Part shown: positions 176,993 through 188,032 of the stretch, one piece after another | Position numbering within the stretch: position 1 is the first letter of the stretch | Layout of the letters: every line of letters starts with the position of its first letter | Made by a program: the position numbers and the translations under genes | Assembly: GCF_000737315.1 (NCBI RefSeq) | Contig: NZ_JMCB01000002.1 | Coordinates: 268,001 to 516,000, forward strand | DNA length: 248,000 nt | Direction of reading: 5' to 3' | Source: Hyalangium minutum | GTDB taxonomy: Bacteria > Myxococcota > Myxococcia > Myxococcales > Myxococcaceae | The notes under the pieces: model-generated | The model's database searches: none | What the model was told of the DNA's origin: nothing | Seen by the model: the letters and a program-made list of their open reading frames with translations, nothing else

Positions 176993-178906
176993 TCAGAGCT
177001 GGAAGGACAGCCCGGCTTGGAAGGTGCGAGGCAGGATGGGCAGATCCGTGGTGTTGCCAGTCGCGGTGAGGTTGGAGCCGGCCACGAAGAGGCGGAAGCC
177101 CGCGGGGAGCTGCTGAGAGGCGCGGGCGTCCAGCGAGACGTAGGGGTCGGACTGATACGGGTCCGCGGTCCCATCCCCGTCCACGTCCGGGTAGAAGGGG
177201 CGGGGGCCCACGAGCGCGCCGCGCACCCACGCCTCCAGTCCCCAGGGCCGGAAGCGCCAGGTGGCCTGGGCCGTGAAGCGGTGGCGGGCCTGGCCCTCCA
177301 GGGGCTCTCCGGTGGTCTGATCCCTGCCGACCGTGAGCGTGTAGCTGGCGTCCACGGTGAGGCCGCCGGGGATGCGCTGGCGCAGGCCCACTTCGCCTCC
177401 GCGGACGCTGGCCCGCTCGAGGTTGGTGTAGATGAAGTGCTGCCCCTCCGTGTCTTGCCGGAGCGAGATGGTGATCATGTCCCGCAGCGAGTGCTGATAG
177501 CCACTCAGCCAGAGCAGAGTCGGCGCGGCGGGCCGCAACTCCACGGACAGGTTCACGCTGCGGGAGCGCTCGGGCTGCAGGTCCGGATTGCCGCGCACGG
177601 TGTAGCCCACCGAGGGATTCTCGAAGTCGAGCAGCAGCTCCTGGAAGCTGGGCGCACGCAGCCCCCAGCCATAGCTGGCCCGGAGCGTGACGCGGGAATG
177701 CGGATCCAGCCGCAGTGCGAGCCGCGGCGTGATGGCAGGGCCGAACTGCGAGTCCAGATCGAGCCGCGCCCCCGGGACGAGGATGAGGCGCGGCTGGAGG
177801 AGCACCGTCCAGTTGTCCTGCACGTAGAGCGACGCGCGGCCCCGCTGCCCGCTCCCGCTGTCCAGCCGGTCCGCTGCGAGGTGCTCTCCGAGCAGCTCCA
177901 CGCCTTGGATGAGCACATGCCGCTCTCCGAGCTTCAGATCGAGCTGACCGCCGAGCTGGGCCAGCTGATCCCGCGTGTCCTCCACCGAGTCGAGCGCGGT
178001 CCCCTGGCGCTGGTCGAGCAGGTAGCGGCGCTTGAACCCCGTGTAGTACGCCTCCGTGCGGAGGCTCATCGTGTCACTGAGCCGCCAGGAGGGCGACAGC
178101 CTCACGGACAAGGTGTCATCCCGGCTGGCGCGGTCGAAGGTGGCGCCCGTCGCTCCGAGGTCGACTCCGCGCTGGACGCGCCGGGAGTAGGACAGCGTGC
178201 TGGCCAGCTCCGAAGACTCCCCGCGCACGTCCCCGCGAGCGGAGACCTGGAAGCCCGCGAGGCTGCTGCCCGTGGTGCCAATGTCCGCGGGCTCCAAATC
178301 GTAGGCATCGCGGCGCTGTAGGCCTCCACTCACCCGCAGGCCCCAGTCCTCCCGCTGCATCTCACCCGTGGCGTCCACGTCGGCCTGCCGCAGGCTCCCG
178401 TACGTCACACGAAGGTCGGCGCCGAGCGGGCGGCGGGCCCGGCGGGTGATGAGGTTCACCACTCCCGCCACCGCGTCACTTCCATAGAGGACCGAGGAGG
178501 GACCTTTGACGATCTCCACCTGCTCGATGTCCTCCAGAGAGATGCGGGACAAGTCCACCGCGCCATTGACGCGCCCGTTGACCCGCTCGCCGTCCACGAG
178601 GACCAGCGCGTACTCGGGCCCGAGTCCCTGCACTTGGAGGGTGGCCCCCGAGAACGTGGACTGCACCTCCAGCCCCGGCTGGGCGCCGAGCAGCTCCGCG
178701 ACGCTCTGGGCCCCACTGGCCACGATCTCCGCGCGGGTGATGACCTCGGTCGCGACCGGAGTGTCCTCCAGCCGCTCGGGAGAACGGGCGGCCGTCACCA
178801 CTGTCTGCGCGGGAGGAGCCTCCACGCCGCCGTCAGAGGGCTCCTCGCCCCAGGCCCTCCACGGAATGGCGACCGCCACGAAGAGAAGACACCAGCGCCC
178901 CGACAT
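176993..178906 (-). CDS. TonB-dependent heme/iron receptor
   Basis: LVLVDG.R, IEIVKGP.S.LYG. Confidence 0.9.
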   Translation of the reverse strand: MSGRWCLLFVAVAIPWRAWGEEPSDGGVEAPPAQTVVTAARSPERLEDTPVATEVITRAEIVASGAQSVAELLGAQPGLEVQSTFSGATLQVQGLGPEYALVLVDGERVNGRVNGAVDLSRISLEDIEQVEIVKGPSSVLYGSDAVAGVVNLITRRARRPLGADLRVTYGSLRQADVDATGEMQREDWGLRVSGGLQRRDAYDLEPADIGTTGSSLAGFQVSARGDVRGESSELASTLSYSRRVQRGVDLGATGATFDRASRDDTLSVRLSPSWRLSDTMSLRTEAYYTGFKRRYLLDQRQGTALDSVEDTRDQLAQLGGQLDLKLGERHVLIQGVELLGEHLAADRLDSGSGQRGRASLYVQDNWTVLLQPRLILVPGARLDLDSQFGPAITPRLALRLDPHSRVTLRASYGWGLRAPSFQELLLDFENPSVGYTVRGNPDLQPERSRSVNLSVELRPAAPTLLWLSGYQHSLRDMITISLRQDTEGQHFIYTNLERASVRGGEVGLRQRIPGGLTVDASYTLTVGRDQTTGEPLEGQARHRFTAQATWRFRPWGLEAWVRGALVGPRPFYPDVDGDGTADPYQSDPYVSLDARASQQLPAGFRLFVAGSNLTATGNTTDLPILPRTFQAGLSFQL

Positions 178907-178921
178907 AGATAACCACGATAT

Positions 178922-178936
178922 TGATACTGATTATCA
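178922..178936. promoter_or_regulatory. Fur box between divergent genes
   Basis: TGATACTGATTATCA. Confidence 0.8.
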
Positions 178937-178984
178937 AAGTCAAATATGTCAGGGAGACAACTTCTTCCTATTGTCGGGATTCGT

Positions 178985-180472
178985 ATGCTCCTTCGCCCAC
179001 TGGCCCTTGTTGCTGCGCTGTTACTCGCTGCATGTGGATCGGACCCTGGCGCCCCGCGCGGCCCCTTGCCAGACCCAGACACGCAGGCGCCGCAGGTTCA
179101 GGTCCTGTCGCCCACGATGCACCAGAGCATCACCGTGCGGCGCGTGCGCGTGGAGGGGCTGGCCACGGATGATCGGCAGCTGGTGTCCCTCGCCTGGGAG
179201 CTCAATGGCGGGACGCCGCAAGCGCTGGACGTGACGCAGCTGGAGGCTCTGGGCGCCTTTGCCTTCGAGGTGACTCCCCGCCCGGGTGCCAACGCGTTGG
179301 TGCTGCGCGCCCAGGACGCCGCTGGCAACACCACGGAGGGGCGCACCACCTTCCTGTTCGGAAACCAGAGCGGAGGCGGCGGGCTGCACAGCGGGGTGAT
179401 CCGTGACGGCTCCCTCTACACCTGGGGCCGGAACAACCGGGGGCAGCTCGGCCTCGGCGCCGCGGTGACGGAGGACCAGAAGCTGCCGCGGAAGGTGCCG
179501 ACCCTCGAGGATGTCGCCGCCATGGCCTTCAACCAGAACCAGTCCCTGGCGCTGAAGGCGGACGGCACCGTGTGGAGCTGGGGCGAGAACGCGCAGGGGC
179601 AGCTTGGCGTGGGGACTCCGCCCGAGCCGGGCTCACCCCACACGGCGGACCTCACGCCTCGCTCGAGCCCCACGCGGATTCCGGGGCTGAGCGGCGTGGT
179701 GGCCATCGCGCTGGGCTACCGCCATGGTCTGGTGCTGATGGCGGATGGCACCGTGCGAGCCTTTGGGGACAACTCCACCGGCCAACTGGGGGATGGCTCC
179801 TCGGAGGCCCTCAGGGACTCCCCCGTCACGGCCGTGGGGCTGACGGACATCGTGAAGGTGGCCGGTGGCTCCATGCACTCGGTGGCGTTGAGGGCGGACG
179901 GCACCGTCTGGGTCTGGGGGCGCAACACCTACGGCAACCTCGGCCAGGGCACTTCGGATGCGGTGGCCCATCCCAATCCCGTGCAGGTGCCCGGTGTCAC
180001 CGGGGTGATCGACATCGCCACGGGCAGGGACCACGTGCTCGCTTTGCACGCGGATGGGACGGTCTCCTCGTGGGGGCTGGATGCCAGTGGCCAGCTCGGC
180101 TTTGGCGAGCCCATCCCGGACGAGCAAAGCGCCACGCCCGTGAAGGTCAAAGGGCTGGCGGATGCGCGCGCCGTCTTCGCCAACGCCAACATGAGCTATG
180201 CCCGGCGGGCGGATGGCACGCTCGTCTCCTGGGGGCAGAACTTCAACGGCCAGCTCGGCAACGGCGGCAAGACGGACAGCAACGTTCCTGTGACTTCAGT
180301 TCCTCTGCTCAAGGGGCTCTCCTCGTTGGGGGCGGGCGCCACGCACGTCGTCTCCATCCGTGAGGATGGGAAGTTCTTCACGTGGGGGTGGAACTCGCGC
180401 GGCAGCCTGGGCCGGGATGATCTGCTCGATAACTGGTCCTACCCTGAGCCGATCCAGGTCTCGCTGCCATGA
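178985..180472 (+). CDS. RCC1-repeat lipoprotein
   Basis: Repeated W.WG.N..GQLG. Confidence 0.9.
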   Translation: MLLRPLALVAALLLAACGSDPGAPRGPLPDPDTQAPQVQVLSPTMHQSITVRRVRVEGLATDDRQLVSLAWELNGGTPQALDVTQLEALGAFAFEVTPRPGANALVLRAQDAAGNTTEGRTTFLFGNQSGGGGLHSGVIRDGSLYTWGRNNRGQLGLGAAVTEDQKLPRKVPTLEDVAAMAFNQNQSLALKADGTVWSWGENAQGQLGVGTPPEPGSPHTADLTPRSSPTRIPGLSGVVAIALGYRHGLVLMADGTVRAFGDNSTGQLGDGSSEALRDSPVTAVGLTDIVKVAGGSMHSVALRADGTVWVWGRNTYGNLGQGTSDAVAHPNPVQVPGVTGVIDIATGRDHVLALHADGTVSSWGLDASGQLGFGEPIPDEQSATPVKVKGLADARAVFANANMSYARRADGTLVSWGQNFNGQLGNGGKTDSNVPVTSVPLLKGLSSLGAGATHVVSIREDGKFFTWGWNSRGSLGRDDLLDNWSYPEPIQVSLP

Positions 180473-181917
180473 GAGGTCCGGGCCTGGCGCTGCTGGTGGT
180501 GTGGCTGGCGAGCTCCGCCTGCAGCCCGGGAGATGCCCCGGTTCCGTTTCCTCCCGAGGAAGAGCCCGCGCCGTCCGGACCCGAGCCGCCGCCCCGCCAT
180601 GACTTCGTGGAGCCTGGCGAGGAGCTGCCAGGCGGCGCAACCACCGTGGTGGATACGAGCCCCGAGGCCTTTACCCATCCCGCGGCGAACCTCTCGGTGG
180701 AGAGGCGCTCGGAGTTTCTCGTGGGCGAGGCCTTCTTCGAGGTGGACTGGCTCGTGGCGCCCAACGCCCGGACGGATCGGGACGGGCTGGGCCCGCTCTA
180801 TCATGCGGTCTCCTGTCTGGCGTGCCATCAGCGCAACGGGAGAGGCGCTCCGCCCAGTCCGGGGGAGGGCGTGCTCTCGTTGCTGGTGCGGATGAGTGTG
180901 CCGGGCGCGGACGCCCAGGGCGCTCCTGTGCCGGAGCCTACCTACGGAGATCAGCTGCAGCCCCGTGCCGTAGCGGGTGTTCCGCCCGAAGCCTCCGTGC
181001 AGGTGCGCACCACGGAGCTGCCGGGGGCCTTCGAGGACGGTGAGCCCTATGCGCTCGAGGCTCCCGAGTACGTCCTCACGGATCTGGCCCATGGCCCGCT
181101 GCGGCCCGACACGCGCTTGTCACCGCGGGTGGCCCAGCCGGTGTTCGGCCTTGGCCTGTTGGCGGCCGTGCCCGAGGCGCTCCTGCTGGAGTGGGCGGAT
181201 GCCGAGGACGCGAACGGGGACGGCATCTCCGGCAGGCCCAATCGCGTGTGGAACCGGCGGCTCGGGCAGACCGTACTGGGGCGCTTTGGATGGAAGGCCA
181301 ACCAGCCGAATCTGGAGCATCAGAATGCCGGTGCTCTGGCGGGCGATATGGGGCTCACTTCGCCGCTGGCGCCCAGTGAGTCCTGCACCTCCGCGCAGGC
181401 CGCGTGCCTCGCCGCGCCCAACGGTGGCACGCCCGAGGTGGACGCGCGCAAGCTGACGGCGCTCACCTTCTACACCCATGTCCTCGGAGTGCCCGCCCGC
181501 CAGGGGGTGGATGTGCCCCGGGTGCTGCGAGGCAAGGAGCTCTTTCACCGTGCCGGGTGCGCACGGTGCCATCGGCCATCGATGGAGACAGGCGCACTGG
181601 AGGGCCACCCCGAGCTGTCCCATCAGCTCATCTGGCCGTACACCGATTTGCTGCTGCATGACATGGGAGCGGGGCTGGCGGACGGACGCGAGGACTTCGC
181701 GGCCTCTGGACAGGAGTGGCGCACACCGCCGCTGTGGGGGCTGGGGCGAACAGCGGCCGTGAGTGGACACACGCGCTTGCTCCATGACGGGCGGGCCCGC
181801 TCGGTGATGGAGGCCATCCTCTGGCACGGAGGCGAGGCCGAGGCGTCACGCGAGCACGTCCGGCGGCTCACGCGCGAGGAGCGCACGGCCCTCCTCGCAT
181901 TCCTCGAGTCCCTCTGA
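180469..181917 (+). CDS. Di-heme oxidoreductase (DUF1111/DHOR) lipoprotein
   Basis: CLACH, CARCH, GRFGWKA, WRTPPLWG. Confidence 0.9.
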   Translation: MRGPGLALLVVWLASSACSPGDAPVPFPPEEEPAPSGPEPPPRHDFVEPGEELPGGATTVVDTSPEAFTHPAANLSVERRSEFLVGEAFFEVDWLVAPNARTDRDGLGPLYHAVSCLACHQRNGRGAPPSPGEGVLSLLVRMSVPGADAQGAPVPEPTYGDQLQPRAVAGVPPEASVQVRTTELPGAFEDGEPYALEAPEYVLTDLAHGPLRPDTRLSPRVAQPVFGLGLLAAVPEALLLEWADAEDANGDGISGRPNRVWNRRLGQTVLGRFGWKANQPNLEHQNAGALAGDMGLTSPLAPSESCTSAQAACLAAPNGGTPEVDARKLTALTFYTHVLGVPARQGVDVPRVLRGKELFHRAGCARCHRPSMETGALEGHPELSHQLIWPYTDLLLHDMGAGLADGREDFAASGQEWRTPPLWGLGRTAAVSGHTRLLHDGRARSVMEAILWHGGEAEASREHVRRLTREERTALLAFLESL

Positions 181918-182004
181918 GCGGGGTCTGAGTGCCAGAAGACGTGCCGGTGACCACCGTAAGAGAATGAAGGGAGCTCCGTCAGCCAGGGTGAAAGGAACAG
182001 AGCA

Positions 182005-184482
182005 ATGAACCACCCTCACCCTCCTGAGAAGCATTCCCACGCCCACTCGCACGCTCCGGTACCGGCCGAGGGCGACACCCGGCCCGTGGACCCCGTCTGC
182101 GGCATGAAGGTGAACCCCGAGGCCCCCAAGGGAGGCACTTCCGAGTACGAGGGCCACACCTACTTCTTTTGCAATCCGAAGTGCCGGGAGAAGTTCCGCG
182201 CCGAGCCGCTGAAGTACCTGAAGCCCCAGGCGGAGCCACTCCTCCCCGCTCCGGCGGGGACGACGTACATCTGCCCGATGGACCCCGAGGTCCGGCAGGA
182301 CCATCCGGGGGCCTGTCCGAAGTGCGGCATGGCGCTGGAGCCCGAGGCGCCCGTGCTGGAGACGAAGACGGAGTACGTCTGTCCCATGCACCCGGAGGTG
182401 GTGCAGGACCACCCGGGAACCTGCCCGAAGTGCGGCATGGCGCTGGAGCCGCGCACCGCCGTGGCCGAGGAGAAGCCTGACCCGGAGCTGATCAGCATGA
182501 CGCGCCGGTTCTGGGTGTCGCTGGTGCTCACCGTGCCTGGGGTCTTCCTGGGGATGTCGGACCTGATTCCCGGGCAGCCGGTGCAGCGGATGTTCTCGCC
182601 GGGCCTGCTGGCGTGGGTGCAGCTCGTGCTGGCCTCTCCGGTGGTGCTGTGGGGCGGGTGGCCCTTCTTCGAGCGGGGCTGGGCCTCGGTGCGCAACCGG
182701 CACCTGAACATGTTCACGCTCATCGCGCTGGGCACGGGCGCGGCGTACCTCTTCAGCGTCTTCGCCACGCTCTTCCCGAGCACACTGCCGCACGCCTTCA
182801 CTGGCCACGGAGGCAGCATCCCCGTCTACTTCGAGGCGGCCGCGGCCATCACCACGCTCGTGTTGGTGGGACAGGTGCTGGAACTGCGCGCGCGCCGTGC
182901 CACGTCGGGAGCGCTCCGGGCCCTGCTGAGCCTGGCGCCCGCCACGGCCCGCCGCATCCGTGAGGACGGACAGGAGGAAGACATCCCGCTGGCGCACGTG
183001 CACGCGGGGGAGCGGCTGCGCGTGCGTCCGGGCGAGAAGGTGCCCGTGGACGGAGTGGTGCTGGAGGGGAGGAGCGCGGTGGACGAGTCCATGGTGACGG
183101 GCGAGTCCCTGCCAGTGGAGAAGGCGCCGGGCCTGAAGGTGACGGGCGGCACCGTCAACGGGACGGGGAGCCTCATCATGCGGGCCGAGCGGGTGGGGCG
183201 GGACACCCTGCTGGCGCGCATCGTCCAGCGGGTGAGCGAGGCCCAGCGCAGCCGGGCGCCCATCCAGCGGCTGGCGGACAAGGTGTCGGCCCTCTTCGTG
183301 CCAGCGGTCATCGCGGTAGCGGTGGTCACGGCCATCATCTGGGGCATGTGGGGGCCAGAGCCTCGGCTGGCGCATGCGCTGGTGAACGCAGTGGCGGTGC
183401 TCATCATCGCCTGCCCGTGCGCGCTGGGTCTGGCTACGCCCATCTCGGTGGTGGTGGGCATGGGGCGAGGGGCGCAGGCGGGCGTGCTCATCCGGGACGC
183501 GGCTGCGCTCGAGCGGCTGGAGAAGGTGGACACGCTGGTGGTGGACAAGACGGGGACGCTCACGGAGGGCAAGCCGCGGCTGGTGTCGGTGGTGCCCTCG
183601 GCGGGCTTCGCGGAGGCGCAGCTGCTCCGGCTCGCCGCGAGCCTGGAGCGCGGCAGCGAGCACCCACTGGCTGCTGCCATCGTGGCCGGAGCGCAGGAGC
183701 GGGGCGTGGTGCTGGCGCAGGTGCAGGACTTCCGCTCGCTGACGGGCCAGGGCGTGACGGGCAAGGTGGATGGAACCGCCGTGGCGCTGGGCAACGCGGC
183801 GCTGCTGGCCGTGCTGGAGACGGATGCTGGCGCGCTGTCCGAGCAGGCCGAGTCGCTGCGGCGCGAGGGGCAGACGGTGGTCTACGTGGTGGCGGAGGGG
183901 CAGCCGGCCGGGTTGCTCGGGGTGGCGGATCCGGTCAAGGCGTCCACGCCCGAGGCGCTCGCGCTGTTGCGCCAAGAGGGCCTGCGGGTGGTGATGCTCA
184001 CGGGGGACAGCCGCACCACAGCGGAGGCGGTGGCGCGCAGGCTGAGCATCACCGAGGTCGTGGCGGAAGTGCTCCCGGAGGCCAAGGGAGACGTGGTGAA
184101 GAAGCTCCAGGCCGAGGGCCGGGTGGTGGCGATGGCGGGAGACGGCGTCAACGACGCTCCGGCGCTCGCGCAGGCGGACGTAGGCATCGCCATGGGCACG
184201 GGGACGGACATCGCCATGGAGAGCGCGGGTGTGACCCTGGTGAAGGGAGACCTGCGAGGCATCGCCCGGGCGAGGAAGCTCAGCCAGGGCACGCTGCGCA
184301 ACATCCGGCAGAACCTGTTCTTCGCTTTCGTCTACAACATGCTCGGAGTTCCTCTGGCGGCCGGTGTTCTCTATCCGGCGTTCGGTCTGCTCCTCAGTCC
184401 GATGATCGCCAGCGCGGCGATGAGCCTGTCCTCGGTGTCGGTCATCACCAACGCGCTGCGGCTGCGCAAGCTGTCTCTGTAG
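182005..184482 (+). CDS. copA: Copper P1B-ATPase with YHS and heavy-metal-binding domains
   Basis: DPVCGM, CPM.PE x2, CPC, DKTGT, HP, GDG.ND. Confidence 0.93.
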   Translation: MNHPHPPEKHSHAHSHAPVPAEGDTRPVDPVCGMKVNPEAPKGGTSEYEGHTYFFCNPKCREKFRAEPLKYLKPQAEPLLPAPAGTTYICPMDPEVRQDHPGACPKCGMALEPEAPVLETKTEYVCPMHPEVVQDHPGTCPKCGMALEPRTAVAEEKPDPELISMTRRFWVSLVLTVPGVFLGMSDLIPGQPVQRMFSPGLLAWVQLVLASPVVLWGGWPFFERGWASVRNRHLNMFTLIALGTGAAYLFSVFATLFPSTLPHAFTGHGGSIPVYFEAAAAITTLVLVGQVLELRARRATSGALRALLSLAPATARRIREDGQEEDIPLAHVHAGERLRVRPGEKVPVDGVVLEGRSAVDESMVTGESLPVEKAPGLKVTGGTVNGTGSLIMRAERVGRDTLLARIVQRVSEAQRSRAPIQRLADKVSALFVPAVIAVAVVTAIIWGMWGPEPRLAHALVNAVAVLIIACPCALGLATPISVVVGMGRGAQAGVLIRDAAALERLEKVDTLVVDKTGTLTEGKPRLVSVVPSAGFAEAQLLRLAASLERGSEHPLAAAIVAGAQERGVVLAQVQDFRSLTGQGVTGKVDGTAVALGNAALLAVLETDAGALSEQAESLRREGQTVVYVVAEGQPAGLLGVADPVKASTPEALALLRQEGLRVVMLTGDSRTTAEAVARRLSITEVVAEVLPEAKGDVVKKLQAEGRVVAMAGDGVNDAPALAQADVGIAMGTGTDIAMESAGVTLVKGDLRGIARARKLSQGTLRNIRQNLFFAFVYNMLGVPLAAGVLYPAFGLLLSPMIASAAMSLSSVSVITNALRLRKLSL

Positions 184483-184563
184483 CGCTCGCTTCCTCGCCTC
184501 TTTGGGGTTGGTGGCGTCCTGCTCGCGCCCCACCCTCTCCATTCAAGGACTCAAGGTCTGCCT

Positions 184564-185835
184564 ATGCGCAACGCATTGCTGGTGGTCTGCCTTGTGCTGA
184601 TTCCCCTGAGCGTCGGGGCGCAGCACTCCCACGCGGAACCTGAAGCGGCCATGGCCTCCGAGGTGAAGTCCGTGCGCGACATTCCGATGATGCGCACGGC
184701 CTCGGGCACGGCGTGGCAGCCGGATGCCTCACCTCACATCGGAGTCCACTGGGGCGCGGCAGGCTGGCACTTCATGGTTCACGGCCTGCTCTTTGGCGGG
184801 TACGACTGGCAGCAAGGTGCGCGCGGTGGCGATGCCCCGCTTGGGTTGGGGTGGCTGATGCTGATGGCCGACCGCGAACTCGGAGCAGGGCGCCTCGGCG
184901 CGCGGGTGATGCTCAGCCCCGAGCCCTTCACCGCCCAGCACCACGGCGGCTATCCGCTGCTGCTCCAGACCGGCGAGACGTACCGGGGCGAGCCCCTGCG
185001 AGACCGGCAGCACCCGCACGATCTCTTCATGGAGCTGGCCGCCGTCTATACCCATGTGCTCTCGAACAACTGGGGCTTCCAGCTCTATGCCGCGCCCGCG
185101 GGGGAGCCCGCGCTCGGCCCCGCGGCCTTCCCGCATCGCCTGTCCGCCTCGTCGGATCCGCTGGCGGCCCTGAGCCACCACTGGCAGGACTCCACGCACA
185201 TCTCGTTCGGCGTGCTCACTGCGGGCCTGCTCACGCCCGTGGCAAAGCTGGAGGGCTCCTGGTTCAACGGCCGCGAGCCCGACGAGAACCGCCTCGACAT
185301 CGACTTCCGGAAGCTCGACGCCTACTCGCTGCGGCTGAGCGTCAACCCCACGCCCGAGGTCAGCGCGCAGGTGTCCTATGGCTACCTCCCCAGCCATGAC
185401 GTGCTCCACGCGGATGAGCCGCTGCACCGCCTCACGGCCTCGGCCATGTTCCACCGGCCACTCGGTGACGGAGGACTCTGGGCGACGACAGCGGTCTTCG
185501 GGCGCAACGTGGAGGGCGAGCACGGCGGCACCAACGCCTACCTCCTGGAGACGAACCTGAACCTGGATGGCCGCAACGTGCTCTTCGGTCGCGCCGAGCT
185601 CATCGAGAAGACGGGCCATGATCTGAGCCTGGACGAGCCGCTGGCGGAGGAGACCTTCCCCGTGACTGTGCTCGCCCTGGGCTACCTGCGGAACCTGGGC
185701 CACGTAGGGCCCGTGGTGCCAGGAGTGGGCCTCCGTGCGGCGGTGAACTTCGTGCCAGAGCGCCTCGAGTCCACTTATGGCGGACGGACACCTGTCGGTG
185801 GCATGCTCTATCTGCGATTGTCTTCCATGCCGTGA
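184564..185835 (+). CDS. Exported copper-associated beta-barrel-like protein
   Basis: SGTAWQP, DRQHPHDLFMEL, HHWQDSTH. Confidence 0.7.
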   Translation: MRNALLVVCLVLIPLSVGAQHSHAEPEAAMASEVKSVRDIPMMRTASGTAWQPDASPHIGVHWGAAGWHFMVHGLLFGGYDWQQGARGGDAPLGLGWLMLMADRELGAGRLGARVMLSPEPFTAQHHGGYPLLLQTGETYRGEPLRDRQHPHDLFMELAAVYTHVLSNNWGFQLYAAPAGEPALGPAAFPHRLSASSDPLAALSHHWQDSTHISFGVLTAGLLTPVAKLEGSWFNGREPDENRLDIDFRKLDAYSLRLSVNPTPEVSAQVSYGYLPSHDVLHADEPLHRLTASAMFHRPLGDGGLWATTAVFGRNVEGEHGGTNAYLLETNLNLDGRNVLFGRAELIEKTGHDLSLDEPLAEETFPVTVLALGYLRNLGHVGPVVPGVGLRAAVNFVPERLESTYGGRTPVGGMLYLRLSSMP

Positions 185836-185883
185836 GCTTGGGCCGGGGCTCCGGAGTCACTCCCACTTCAGGAGTCTTCGACG

Positions 185884-186873
185884 ATGCGTACTGGCCCTCC
185901 CTCTTCGTTTCCCCGGAACCGCCGGCTCCGGCGAACCGTGGCCCACCTGTTGATCGCCATCCCCACGCTGTCGCTCACGGCGTGCTCCGCCGAGGATGAC
186001 GGAGGTTGCATTCCCTATCCCGAGCGTCCCGGGACGCGGACCTACTACGGGAACTTGCTGGATGGCGGTGTGCCCACGAACGACACCTGCATGGACGTGT
186101 GCAGGCCGCAGGTCGCCAATGCCCAGAGCTGCGAGGTGGATAGCGAGACCGTGACCTATTTGGATGGCGGGACGGGCACACGCCCGGTGATCCGGTGCCA
186201 CTACATCAGTCCGGCATATTGCGGGTCGGATGGGCGCATGCCCGAGGGACTCCAGGCTGCACGGGTGGAGGCGCGGTGTGCCCTGGGCGTCCACTTCGCC
186301 CAGATGGCCTGGATGGAGGCCGCCTCGGTGCCCGCCTTCCTCCGGCTCGCGGACGAACTGAAGGCCCACGGGGCTCCCGATTCACTGGTGCGCGCGGCCC
186401 GGCGCTCGGCGGGGGATGAGGTCCGCCACACGCGCGCGGCCGGAGCGCTGGCCCAGCGACACGGCGCCTCCGTGCCCGAGGTGGAGCTCGCACCGGTCGC
186501 TCCGCGCTCGCTGGAGGCGATGCTGCTGGAGAACGCGAAGGAAGGCTGCGTCCGGGAGACGTTTGGCGCGGTGGTCGCTGGGTGGCAGGCCCAGCATGCG
186601 CAGGACGCTCAGGTGCGAGAGGCGCTCCGCCGCATCGCCGAGGATGAGCTCCGCCACGCCGAGCTGGCCTGGGCCGTCGCGGAGTGGGCGGAAGAGCTGC
186701 TCACGCCCGAGGAGCGCCAACGGATGAAGGACGCCCGCCTTGAGGCGTTCCACGAGCTGGAGCGCAAGCTGGGCGAGGAGGAGCCCGAGCTGGCGTTGAT
186801 CCAGCAGGCGGGCGTGCCCTCGCGCGATGCCTCTCTCCAGCTTCTCCGGGGGCTGCGGACCCTGATCGCCTAG
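185884..186873 (+). CDS. Ferritin-like domain lipoprotein
   Basis: LTAC; E..S, DE.RH, EGC..E, DE.RH. Confidence 0.8.
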   Translation: MRTGPPSSFPRNRRLRRTVAHLLIAIPTLSLTACSAEDDGGCIPYPERPGTRTYYGNLLDGGVPTNDTCMDVCRPQVANAQSCEVDSETVTYLDGGTGTRPVIRCHYISPAYCGSDGRMPEGLQAARVEARCALGVHFAQMAWMEAASVPAFLRLADELKAHGAPDSLVRAARRSAGDEVRHTRAAGALAQRHGASVPEVELAPVAPRSLEAMLLENAKEGCVRETFGAVVAGWQAQHAQDAQVREALRRIAEDELRHAELAWAVAEWAEELLTPEERQRMKDARLEAFHELERKLGEEEPELALIQQAGVPSRDASLQLLRGLRTLIA

Positions 186874-186949
186874 CGCTCCCGGCCGCGTACGCTTCTCCTC
186901 CGCCCAGGAGAAGCGTGCACGCGGCGAGCGGCTCGCTAGACTGCACCCC

Positions 186950-188032
186950 ATGAGTTCCCGCGAGGAGCCACGTACGCCGGGGGCACCGGCCGGCAACATC
187001 TCGGTGGTCCGGCTGCCCAATAGCTGGTTCATCCTCTGTACATCGCGCGAGCTGGGCCACAAGCCCATCTCCCGGATGCTACAGGGTACTCCGCTCGTGC
187101 TCTTTCGAGGCGCGGGCGGGCAGCCCGCGGCGCTCTTGGATCGCTGTCCGCACCGCAACGTGCCGCTGTCGCTCGGCCGCGTCGTGGGCGGCCAGCTCCA
187201 GTGCGGCTACCACGGGTGGACCTTCGACTCGGCCGGCGAGTGCCGGGCCATCCCCGGCCTCTCCGGAGACACGCGCGCCAAGGCCCGCTGTGCCGCCTCG
187301 TACGCGGTGCGGGAGCAGGATGGCTTCGTGTGGGTCTACTCGACGCCCGGGGTGGTGCCCACGACGGAGCCCTATCGCTTCCCGCTGCTGGACGCGCGAG
187401 GCTACAGCACGGTGCGCCGCATCGTCCGGGCGCCCGGCTCGCTGCACGCGGCGCTGGAGAACACGCTCGACGTGCCGCACACCGCGTTTCTCCACGGCGG
187501 CCTGTTCCGCACCGCCAAGAAGAGCAACGAGATCGAGGTGGTGGTGCGGCGCGGCTCGGATCGGGTGGAGGCCGAGTACATCGGCGAGCCTCGTCCGAAG
187601 GGGCTGGTGGGCAAGGTGCTGGCACCGGGTGGAGGGGTGGTGCAGCACTTCGACCGGTTTTTGCTGCCGTCCATCGCTCAGGTGGAGTACCGCATCGGGG
187701 ATGACAGCCACCTGATGGTGTCCTCGGCGATGACGCCGGTGTCGGACTGGGACACGCTCATCTACGCGGTGGTGACGTTCCGGCTGCCCATTCCGCACTG
187801 GCTGGTGAAGCCGTTCCTCACGCCGGTGGCGCTGCACATCTTCTCGCAGGACGCGCGCATCCTGAAGGAGCAGACGGAGACCATCCACCGCTTCGGCACG
187901 GAGATGTACGTCTCCTCGGAGCTGGATGTGCTGGGGCCCGCCATCCTCCGATTGCTGCGCTCGGTGGAGCGCGAGAAGCAGGCGTCCTCCTCCGAGCCGG
188001 TGCACGAGACCCGGCTCAAGATGCTCGTGTGA
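186950..188032 (+). CDS. Rieske non-heme iron oxygenase (VanA-like)
   Basis: CPHR...C.YHGW; EN.LD..H..FLH. Confidence 0.9.
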   Translation: MSSREEPRTPGAPAGNISVVRLPNSWFILCTSRELGHKPISRMLQGTPLVLFRGAGGQPAALLDRCPHRNVPLSLGRVVGGQLQCGYHGWTFDSAGECRAIPGLSGDTRAKARCAASYAVREQDGFVWVYSTPGVVPTTEPYRFPLLDARGYSTVRRIVRAPGSLHAALENTLDVPHTAFLHGGLFRTAKKSNEIEVVVRRGSDRVEAEYIGEPRPKGLVGKVLAPGGGVVQHFDRFLLPSIAQVEYRIGDDSHLMVSSAMTPVSDWDTLIYAVVTFRLPIPHWLVKPFLTPVALHIFSQDARILKEQTETIHRFGTEMYVSSELDVLGPAILRLLRSVEREKQASSSEPVHETRLKMLV

